The notes under the pieces were generated by a model, which was given only the letters and a program-made list of their open reading frames with translations, did no database searches and was not told the origin of the DNA. 64,000 nucleotides of DNA from Setoptus koraiensis (Eukaryota; Animalia; Arthropoda), in NCBI GenBank assembly GCA_048013815.1, contig CM106585.1:19592001-19656000 (forward strand), given 5' to 3'. Of the stretch, positions 36,789 through 46,830 are shown one piece after another (positions within the stretch are counted from its first letter, which is position 1; the number at the start of each line of letters is the position of its first letter). Made by a program: the position numbers and the translations under genes.

Positions 36789-38201
36789 AGCGGCCACATA
36801 GAACCCAAGAATGCCATAAATCATCGGCGAGACACGACCTAGCGTGGACGACACAACGCAACGCAACAACTGGTTGTGACGTAACTCCGCTAGCCGAGAT
36901 GTGACACACGAAGCCGTTGCGTGGAGCGGCGGCGCCGTCACGACCCCGCAACTACACTGGCTGGCTAGGTCCACAATGGCCCCAGGATATCATCGCGTGA
37001 TATTGTCGCGGGCGCACGCCAACCCGACCGATCCGCAGCGGCCAGACCGCAGCGGCCGATCCGCGGCGGCCAGTCCGCAGTGTGCACATCCTCGAGCGTG
37101 CCCGATGCGATCTAGTCCACGGCTGCTATTTAGACCACTGTGGTGGTCAGACTGTGACCGTCGGAGCCGGGCAACAATTGCAGCCGAGTGGAGGAAAACC
37201 TTGAATTAACTCGGACAGCGCACACACAAACAAATTGTCACTTGCTGCTAAAAATTGTCCCTGTCCGTCCGTCGGTCAGCTCGAGCGACCGCGCTCAGCT
37301 GACTGGGCGGACAAGGACAATTTGCGCCCGGGCCGGTCGCATTGCGGCGCACACGTGCGTTGTTGTGCTGCGATTGTGATTGTCGGGCGGCGATTGTCGG
37401 GTGGCGATTGTCGGGCCGCGATTGTCGGGCCGGCCGGCCGCTCAGCTGTCGCCGTGATTAATGCAGATTCATTGGGCGCCCGGCAGGCAGCTCAACTCGA
37501 GAGTCTCGAGCTGCGAAGCTCAATCGAGATTCTCAACTCGATTTGAGATCGCCCATGGTTGCCCGGCCGACAGTTGAGTAAATTATCGCGCAAATTTTAG
37601 TTGCTCAAATAAATATTATTGGCTGAATAATATTTATCAAAACAGTGGCCGTTTGAATCATTAACTCTCTGACTAATGAACGACAGTCAGCCTTGATTCG
37701 GCCCGATGGGTGCACTGAGAAAGGTGCTGTTCGTTTGTGCGGGTTTTGGCTGCACGCCCACGCATCACGGAAAACGGCCCGTCACAGCGACCCGTCCAAG
37801 CGACCGCGACTGAACGAGCTCGCACTGATAACCCTAAACAGCGTTAGTTTTGTTGTTACACTTGTCGCCCGACGCCGGCCAGTTGACAACTGTCGACACT
37901 GTCGCCCGATAATATTAATAATATAATAATAATATTATCTGTCCGGTTGGTGATATCATAATTACTACACGCGATAATATTAATTGACAGCGCGCAAACA
38001 ACAATATCGTCGTTAATATTGATAATTAATTAACTTATCGTTAATTATCGTCATGGATCTAGCCAAATCAGTGGGCCGCACAAGACGGCTGAAGGGAGCC
38101 GGACATGGATGACAAATGGCAACCGCTTGCAAGCATCGCCAAGTGAACGGCCGGCCGATTGAACGGCGCGCGATCGCGAGTCTCGATGGCGACGCGGCCC
38201 A

Positions 38202-38242
38202 GTGCGGCCAAATTGAGCGGATATCGGCCAATTTGGCCGCAC
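38202..38242. repeat. Perfect 14-bp inverted repeat, 13-nt loop
   Basis: gtgcggccaaattg...caatttggccgcac. Confidence 0.8.
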
Positions 38243-39496
38243 CGGATATCGGCGCCCGATCGGCGCCCGATCGGCGCAGATTATTCACTCAAACCGTTTG
38301 AGTCGAACCGTTTGAGCAAACGCTCGGTTGTGGCGCGTTCCGGCTTGCGCGCATTCGTCTAAATGTGTCATTCATTTGAAATAAATCATTTCTGTTTGAG
38401 CTGCTGTGGCGATATGATAATTGTTTGCTTTGGTCGTGCCAATGTCACTGCTTCGCTCTCCCGTCTCACCTGTCGCTGTCGCTCGCTGACAACCAGCGAG
38501 CAGCTTTTATCGCGTTCGACAGACTATCAGTGACGATTGTTTTCGGCGGAACGTTTCCGAGATTTTTATCTCGCTCACAAGTTGAGAGTCACTGACAAGT
38601 TGTCAGTCGCTGCTCGCCTGACACTTGTTTGTCGGTGACGCGTTTGCCATTCGCAATTGTCAGCGGACGAAGCAGCGACTCGAGCATTCTCGAATGAATT
38701 AAATTGGCGGGCCGCCGCCATCAATTAGTCGTCGTCGTGGCGGCCATAAAACAAACAAACTCGATGGCAATTGTCTCTGTCGTCGCGAGCTGTTTGTAAT
38801 CTAGATAAAACAAGTGTTTTGGCGTCGGAGGGGCTTTGTTGTCGCGGGCGCATTTACGCCCGTATTAATGCTCGTATTTACGCTCGTATTCGAGCTCGTA
38901 TTTATGCTCGTATGTCGCGCGTATCAACATGTCGTGTTTTTATGTTTCTGGTTGAGAAACATAAAAAACATTCGCAGATATTACATTGTTTTTTCTGTAT
39001 AATCAATGTAATCTCTGGCCTCACACAATTGTCGCGGCAGCGAGCGATTTGCATCACCGTCGGCCACCTCGACGACGGTTATCGACACTTAATTAGGCTC
39101 ATAATTTAATAATAATTTAACCCGTCCACGCCGGCCTTCGAGCTTCTGTCGCTGCTGGCTTCTGTTTTCGCTGGCTTCTGTTTTCGCTGGCTTCTGTCGG
39201 CTTATCGGCGCCGCCATCAACAGGTAGCTCGCAGGCAGTTTGCCGGGTATCTAGAAGCCACTTGGAAAGAATGCAAGCTCGACTAGCAAGGCAAAGAACG
39301 CGCCGCAGTAACAATGAACAAGGTAAAAGATGCTCGCCGAGTGCGACTCGTCGCAGCGCTGGTCATTATCGGCGCGATTCGGCCGAATTTGCCCGCCAGT
39401 GTTATTGGCCCCTGACATTGGCGCCGCTGCAGCCCGTGACCCCAAGCGCCTAACCCTTTGCGCATGACTCTGCGGTTCGCTGCTGCGCCCTGGGGT

Positions 39497-39640
39497 CACC
39501 TGAGCTCTTCGCGGCTCGCCTGAGCTCTTAGAAGCTCACCTGGGCTCTCAGAAGCTCGCCTGAGCTCTCCGCAGCGCGCCTGAGATCGCCGCAGCGCGCC
39601 TGAGATCGCCGCAGCGCGCCTGAGATCGCCGCAGCGCGCC
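39497..39640. repeat. 20-bp tandem repeat x7 with polarised divergence
   Basis: The last three units are identical (tgagatcgccgcagcgcgcc) and earlier units are progressively more diverged. Confidence 0.9.
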
Positions 39641-42600
39641 GCAGCGAACCGGTAGCGCCGACGTCAATGTCAGCGGCTTCGCTACTCTCACTGGCCGCTT
39701 ATCTAATCTTCCGGATCGCGGCTATTAATTACGCCTAGTTTTCGTTTCTTTGTTTACTTTCTGCTCGCCCGTCTGTTGGCTTGTTCGCCGGCTCACCGAA
39801 TCACCGGCTCGGCCGGCTCGGCCGGCTCACCGAATCGCCGGCTCGGCGGGCAATATCCAGCAGCAATATGCAACAGGCGACGGCCGATGGGCGACGGGCA
39901 ATTCATCATTGCCGGCTGGTTGCATGGCGCTTCTTTCTCGTCGTTGTCGCCCAAAAGCCAGCGCTGCAAAATACGCCGCCGAACGAAGGTGATCGCCTCG
40001 AGATAACGCACGACACTGAAAGGGTGTCGATGTCGACAATTACTCTCTCGCAGATAATGAAAATAGTTTAAAAATGGTCGCACACACACACACTGTGTAT
40101 AATGGTAATTTAATGATGAGCCTTTTAAACTTAATTAATGCCACTTAATGGCCAGCCAAGCAGCCGGTGCGAGTGTGCCAGCGATGAAGCAAGTACCCAA
40201 ACTTCTTTTGCCGGCGCCAACAAACTCTAAAACTGCTAGAAGCGGCAGCCAAAAATTTAAGCTGAAAATTCAAGCTGAAAATTCAAGCTGAAAATTCTAG
40301 CTTAAAATGGTATTTGCATGGTGTGCACTTGTTGTGGTACGTGGAAAAATAGCACTTAAAATAGTCAATGAAGTACACGAACATCGACACCAGCAACTAC
40401 AAACAATAATTTTCATATCTGCTCTCTCTCTCGTTTTAATGACTTAACCGGCTTCCAGAAGCTTGTTGTAGCAAAATAACAACAGGTAAGAGCAACAAGC
40501 AAAGAATTGCACCTGTCGTTGGTCGATCGACTTGGCCGTTCCTGTTTCGGCTTCTTCCTCGTCGCACTGCCACTATTATTAGTGCTAGTCAACATTACTT
40601 TACATTGCACAAATTTTCAACAACAACAGCACACAACAAACAAACTTTTCATTTTGGCAACAGCGATGGTGAAAAGTTTTCAGTAAACTCTTTAAAACGC
40701 CAGACGCGTAGTGTAATATAAATAAATTTAAAATGCATAATAAGATAAAATTAATAATAATTTTATCTCATCTTAAACGCACTCTGGTCGCGCAACTATC
40801 TCGCAGTTGGCGCCACCAATTCAGTTTAATTTTTTTTCCAGTTAAATCACGCCACTGCTGGTCGCGGCACTACCGAAATCAATTGTATCATACAATTTGT
40901 ATGACTTGGTGATAAAATAAAATGATGAAAATATAAAATTGCTCGCCTATGGCCCGCTCACCGATGAGCATCCGCGCACCGAGATAAACATGAACATCTC
41001 ACTCGACCATATGTCGCGATGTGTCGCAATCCATCAGTGATTATGTGATTAATGATCACTGATTATGCACTCGATTATGAACTAGATCATTTCATCATCG
41101 ATTTTGTCGGACTGTTGGCTGCCTCTACCGGCAACCACTCGAGCATAAACATTTTACCGGGTCTGGATATACGAACTTGCAGAAGCGAGCGTATTCCGTT
41201 TTTTCTTTCGCACAAATCGGCTAGACATTGTCTAGTAGTTTGTCTAGTAGACAAACAGCGAAATGAGCATCGTTTCGGTAGCGAAAATTCCATAAATTCC
41301 TAGTGAATTCAATCTGTTTGAGAGTCTGTCACTCGAATCACATTTGGAGCGGTCAGCATTGACGTTTCGTCGATGGCTGTTGGTATAAAGATGAAAAATC
41401 ATCGATTTCTTTGCCCGTTCATTTCTATTCCGTTCATTCCTGTGATTGATCGCAACCTGCAAGCACTTGCACTGTCAACAAGAGAACATGATATGACATA
41501 ATATAATAATAATTATAATCATGTGCTCTGGTTGCTGTGAGATACCATCGGTTATCAATCAATTGCCAGGCAATCAGCAGCGCAGTGAATTGCTAACAAG
41601 TTACTCACAATTGCAACTTACAATTTGTAAGTGAGTTAATGCTGACACTAATCATTAGTGACTAATGTGATGCAGCGAGCATTATGACGCCATAACGGTA
41701 GCAAAACGGTCATCAGTTACAATTACATCAACTTTTATTTCTGCAATAATAAGCTAGTTACTATTCATTGTTGCATAATATTATCGGTGCCTATCGTCGG
41801 TATCGATTCACGAGTGTCTACGGGTGAAGACGAGTTGTTGATTGCAGTTTGTTGTCAGGTGCTTGCAATCTGACAAGTGGCAGCGAGAAGAGTTTATTTA
41901 TTGTCAGTGTTTGCGTTACATTTTTCTGTTTCTTTTTTTGTTCATTATGTAACGGCGTTTCGTGTTGCGATCGTGATCCAGATAAAATCTGAAACCAGAC
42001 GAGCCAACGAGCAACGTTGATCGATCTCGATGTGATGCCAGGCATTCTTTGCGGGTCGCCAACGCACCAGCGCTCGTTCGTTGATGTTGCGTTCGAATAA
42101 CCGTATAACCGTTACCTTTCGTTAGTACATGATACATACTACCTATGTTACGCAATCAACATCGTAATCAATCTATCTCAATCAACATGATAGCTGGCAA
42201 CAAGAGCATTGTGTGGTTGTTGAGTGGTTGAAAAGAACAAGGCCATTTGTAATATTTGCATAACATGTTCGCATTGTTTATAGCGCGCACTATTTTTATT
42301 TTTCGCTTATTTTTATTTTTATTTTGATTTTTAATTTTAATTTGGATTTTGATTTCAAGTTCGAATCTTTGTTCGTTGCAAGCCAATCAACAAGGCGCAC
42401 GACGACAATGCCCGATTGAGACATCTCGCTGTTATCAAACAATTGCAACAACAACAACAACAGCAGCAGCAACAACAAATGAACCGTGTCATCGCCTAAA
42501 TTAGATCATCATCATCATCCCGTTTCGCTTCCTCATTGTCTCATTGGCGCGCATAACACCGGCGTTGGTCGCGCGACGCCGACAGATTGCGCAACATGCG

Positions 42601-44629
42601 CACTTGCTTGCTTATATAAAACACGATACACATAATGAACGGTTGTTATGCAACAGTTGTTGCGCAATAACGTCGCGCCAATTGTTGAAATCATTTGAAT
42701 AATGGAACGCAAATTGGTTAGAGCGGCGCAGCGGATGATTAGATGGCCACTTGATAGTGACCACTGCGTTGCAACAACACGGACAACAACACATGATGAA
42801 TGATCGCCGCTGAAAATGTATGCTGCAAATCAATCATTGTTGCTCAACAACAATAACCGCCCAACGGATAAATACAAATTTTCAGAGGCTCATCAAATTT
42901 GTTTCACCTGTTGCCTGGGCTGCTGCTGCCGCTGTTGGCGTTGTTTCTAGAGCGCCGCTGCGATTTCCGCCGGCCAACGTCGAGTAGTGTCCCAATCGAT
43001 GACGGACAATGGACATGGCACGCAGATCTAATTAAGATCAGCGCTGCGGCTAATTCCCGCCGCACAACTCAATACTGTACCTTTGTTTCCGTCCCTGGCC
43101 GGTCGTTTCGGATATTCGGTCAGCGGGCTGCGGTCGGCGTCTCGGTGAGCCGCTCAATGTTGTTATTTTTGTTGCATTTGTCGAACGGGCCGCGCCAACC
43201 CGACAGCAACAACAACAGCGACAACAACAACAACAACAACAACAACAGCGACAACAACAATAACAACAACAACAACAGTGCCAAGTGTAACAAGTGTCGG
43301 TTGATCAATATCAGCGGGAGCCGCTTCTTCGTTGCGGCATCCGCTAGCACGGCTCGGCCAGTCAAATTGTGAACGATTTTAACCGAAGTTGCAAATTGTC
43401 GATATCCGACCAAACGTCCCATCAACAATTGCGTGTCGACTGCCGGCCGGCACTTGACCGGTCGCCGCTCGGCCGGTGCCAGCTTGACGCGCGGTTGCCC
43501 TCCCGTTTGGCGCTGGCCGGTCGGTCGGTCGGTCCGAGTGGTCAGTTTGCCAAATAGGAAGGAAGCCGTGTCGTCATCATTCATCGTCGTCGGCCATCAT
43601 GATAATCAACATCATGTTGCAGTTTTGTTTGTTGCCACTGGCCGCCAGTTCACGTTGCGAGTGTTGTGGCCGGGCCGGCCACTCGGGCCACTGGCGACGC
43701 ACTCGAAATCAAGGTGAAACAAATTAGAGCAAAGTTGCAAATCGATGCAGCCGCCGTCTCGTTCGCATTCCATTTACAGCTGACCACTAACCACTGACCG
43801 TTTATTCAATTGGATCGGTTGACGAGCGATGCGTACATGCCCATACTGCGGCCGCGCTTGGGAACCGCCGTTAAGATATATTATATAATATATATATTTA
43901 TTTTCAGTTTTCAGCTCATCGCCTCTCGGTCGGCCATCAATAATGTGGACGCGCAAAGCTGACAACAGCAAGTGCAACAACTAATAACTGTCTCGGCTCT
44001 CGGCTCTCGTCGCGCCTCCGCGGCTCGCCTTACCTGCTGGCAGCAACTGCAACAACAACAACAGTTGGCCGCAGCAATAACCGGACATCATTACCGTTAC
44101 AACAAGCCAGAATAAATGATGAGAACGGGCACACATTTTGTTGTCTATTGTCATGGTGCTCGGTCATCATCATCATCAGCAGCAGCAACCGAGGCGACTT
44201 CTTGTTTTGCCGTGAGTCTTGTGAGTGGTCATCAGCGCCACTAGCAAACGGTTTGCCCAACTGTCAATAGTTGATAGTTTGTCGATCGGCGCTGGTGGCC
44301 GCCACACTGCTAATGGACTTTTTTTTGCATTCTCTCTCGGCTCGCTTTACCTGGCTAACTCCTATTTTTTCCTGGCTCTTCTGGGTCAATTTTGCCATTT
44401 TTGCAAGCGCCATTTCGGTCGCAACACTCGCCTCACTAGCTGGCCGTAATAGATCAAGGATCAGTCAAGTTTCCGTTGGCAACCACGACCACCGCATGAT
44501 ACGACACTCGGTGCGTATGCACTTGCTATTTCCGTTTTTTGCCCCTCTCCTCCATTTCTGATTTATTCTTTTCTTTTGTCATCAACGCACAACATCATCG
44601 TTTGAATACCATTTAGGGTGGTCATCTCT

Positions 44630-44631
<2 letters not shown>

Positions 44632-44661
<30 letters not shown>
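44632..44661. repeat. (TG)15 microsatellite (similar CA/TG tracts near 1040, 3105, 9480, 16060, 24730)
   Basis: Read directly. Confidence 0.9.
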
Positions 44662-44663
<2 letters not shown>

Positions 44664-45303
44664 GCGGTGTGATGCAACAACAAGGAAACGATGATCATTA
44701 TCATTATTATTGTTTAAAAACTATAAGTAGTGTGGCCGAAGTGATGATGATGATGATGCAATAGCTCAACAACAACAATGCAGGCGCATGCACTGACAAA
44801 TGGCCGCAGACAAAAAAGGCGACAAGTGATCATTTTTTCTTTGTTCTTTCCTTGCGTTTTTATCTTCTTTTATTATCATTATTATTATTATTATTTTGTT
44901 TTATTCTTTCTTCTCTTACGCTCACTGCTGGTGCACTGATTCCGCTAACCGCTCTGCCCATCTCACTCAATTCAATAATTGTTGCGCAATCGTTAGCTCG
45001 CCAATCGCTCGAGCAATCGATTGTAGCAGCAACAGCAGCCGCTTGCCAGATCGTCATCATTATAATCAGCTGATGCCATCTAAAAGGATAGTGATAATAT
45101 AATGACGAGTTTCATGACGAGTGGATGCACTCCACAATATGACATAACAGTTTAGTAATATTGTAATAGTGTTGCTAATAATGATAATTGTTGAAGGAGC
45201 CTGAATAAAGCAGAACCTTCGGAAATAACAGCAACAACAACAGAACAGCAGAAACTATTGACTGACACAACTGACGATCCAAGATCAAAAATTAAAATCC
45301 ACG

Positions 45304-45699
45304 ATGCCCATATTCAAACTGCAAACCAATCTCGCTGCCAGCGCAATACCAACTGGCTTCAAATTTGATGTGGCCACACTGCTGGCCAAAATATTCTCCA
45401 AACCTGTCGATTGGATGCTGGTCAATGTGCTCGCCAATCAAGACATGAGCTTTGGTCTCGACGACAAGCCGGCCTGCTTAATTGAGGTGGAATCAATTGG
45501 AGTGATCGATAGGGAAATAAACAAGTCACACTCCAAACACATCATGCAATTTATAACCGAAAAGTTGAACATACCCCATGAGAAAATTTATATAACTTTT
45601 CGCGATTTGGCCAAACAAAATGTCGGCTACATGAGTACAACGTACGATGACGACAATCTCAAAACGCTGATAGCCAAGTATGTCGATAAGTCAAATTGA
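45304..45699 (+). CDS. MIF: Macrophage migration inhibitory factor / dopachrome tautomerase family protein
   Basis: MPIFKLQTN start gives the catalytic Pro1. SKP (Lys32 equivalent), SIG, IYITF.D and NVG motifs are in the right order. It lacks the vertebrate CXXC (has PACLIE). 131 aa as unspliced. Confidence 0.88.
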   Translation: MPIFKLQTNLAASAIPTGFKFDVATLLAKIFSKPVDWMLVNVLANQDMSFGLDDKPACLIEVESIGVIDREINKSHSKHIMQFITEKLNIPHEKIYITFRDLAKQNVGYMSTTYDDDNLKTLIAKYVDKSN

Positions 45700-45779
45700 T
45701 TGTTGCCAGTATTCGCAACTGTTTGTATCCCAACTTTGTAGTTTGTTTGCCATCTGTTGATTGCCCAATAAATTGTCAG

Positions 45780-45966
45780 ACCGTCGCCAAATGTCCACGA
45801 TGTAGACCTGACCATATATCCGGCTAGATTCGTTCTTTTGACAACAACAACACAAAATTTGACTGGCCTCCAATATGACAAGGCTGAAATAAGTGAAAAT
45901 GATACACTGGAGGTGCACACCAATATCCGCCCTAGCCGCACCGACCTGGTTCGGCCCGATGTTTAG
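45780..45966 (+). CDS. Candidate alternative last exon of MIF (about 61-aa C-terminal extension)
   Basis: Donor aa|gtatgt at 45678 and acceptor ttgtcag at 45779 define a T-rich 102-nt phase-2 intron, in frame with PSPNVHDVDLTIYPARF...RTDLVRPDV*. Confidence 0.4.
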
Positions 45967-46128
45967 TTGAATTTCGCGCCCCAATCGAATGTTTATCACT
46001 TGTGTTTTGCACATGTGAATGGCGGCACGATCTAGATTTCGCAGATATCATGTAGTCAGCAACGACAACAACAATTATGGACCGATATATTTGAGTCAAG
46101 CTAATTATTTTCATCATATGATAGTGTC

Positions 46129-46830
46129 ATGTCGAGAAATAGAGCGCCAACGGCCGCAACTAAATTTGGCACTTCCAAGTTCGATATACCACCGCCAAAA
46201 TCCGAGCCATTGCCATTATATCCACTGTTAGAAACAAAGCCAGCACCCTTGGACTTCAGTGACTATGCTCTGAGTTTGGCTGCCACAGACAGAAGTCTCA
46301 TTAATATATTCCGAAAGTCAGCAGACTATCTTGAATTTCCCTGTAAGAAACCAAAAATAGAAAGGTACGAAGTTAAGGATTTGTCCAAGAATGACCGCTC
46401 TCGCAATAAGAACTCATTTGATAACATATGCGGCGATATTGATTTGACTTTCTTCCCCGAGGAGTTGTTGCCTAGAAAAGCAATGAAATCCAATTCGAAG
46501 AAGAGCAAAATCGATAGAATTTTCAATCTCCTCGATGAACTTGAGGTTGAAGAAAATAAAAGACCAAAAGCCAAAAGAGCCAATCCGAACGATTTACGTG
46601 ATGTTAAACCATCTACATCAGCCCTGATACCTCAGGAACCCGATGAAGATGAGGAGGAAGGTGAAGAGGATGCTGAGGAAGATGTCGAAGAGGGAGACGA
46701 GGAACTTAATGAGGAAGCCGAAGACGATGAAGATTTGGAGGCTGGAGGAGACTATATTGATACATATTTTGACAATGGTGAGGGCTACGAGGATAATGAC
46801 GATGACGGGGATGAAGGGCCTATGTATTAG
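46129..46830 (+). CDS. POLR3G: RNA polymerase III subunit RPC7 (POLR3G/POLR3GL, yeast C31 family)
   Basis: PPP..P..LYP N-terminal motif, IDL..FPEEL, a long Asp/Glu tract, DYIDTYFDNGE and C-terminal aromatic residue (GPMY*) typical of RPC7. Single exon, 233 aa. Confidence 0.85.
   Translation: MSRNRAPTAATKFGTSKFDIPPPKSEPLPLYPLLETKPAPLDFSDYALSLAATDRSLINIFRKSADYLEFPCKKPKIERYEVKDLSKNDRSRNKNSFDNICGDIDLTFFPEELLPRKAMKSNSKKSKIDRIFNLLDELEVEENKRPKAKRANPNDLRDVKPSTSALIPQEPDEDEEEGEEDAEEDVEEGDEELNEEAEDDEDLEAGGDYIDTYFDNGEGYEDNDDDGDEGPMY

Noticed and set aside
872-39640. Short tandem arrays as possible CRISPR arrays
   Set aside because: The units are contiguous without unique spacers, there are no cas genes, and the context is eukaryotic.
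41052-42155. Non-repetitive stretch with several 70-80-aa ORFs
   Set aside because: There are no recognisable motifs or consistent splice signals in any frame, so a gene cannot be supported.
50-44561. Hundreds of ORFs in the track with poly-C/L/V/Q/T/N or R/A/P-rich translations (for example 1477..1875, 1939..2904, 11239..12114, 16881..17667)
   Set aside because: They overlap in several frames and arise from (CAA)n/(TTG)n/(CA)n repeats and GC-rich stop-poor DNA. Many use GTG/TTG starts that are irrelevant in a eukaryote, and none shows domain signatures apart from the dumpy exons embedded in 10150..11208, 6109..6786 and 22775..23797.
44852-45073. Signal-peptide-like hydrophobic ORF
   Set aside because: It has a TTG start and the hydrophobicity comes from an (ATT)n/T-rich tract.
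45627-46014. Minus-strand ORFs overlapping the MIF 3' region
   Set aside because: No homology was recognised. The + strand spliced extension explains the coding-like composition better.
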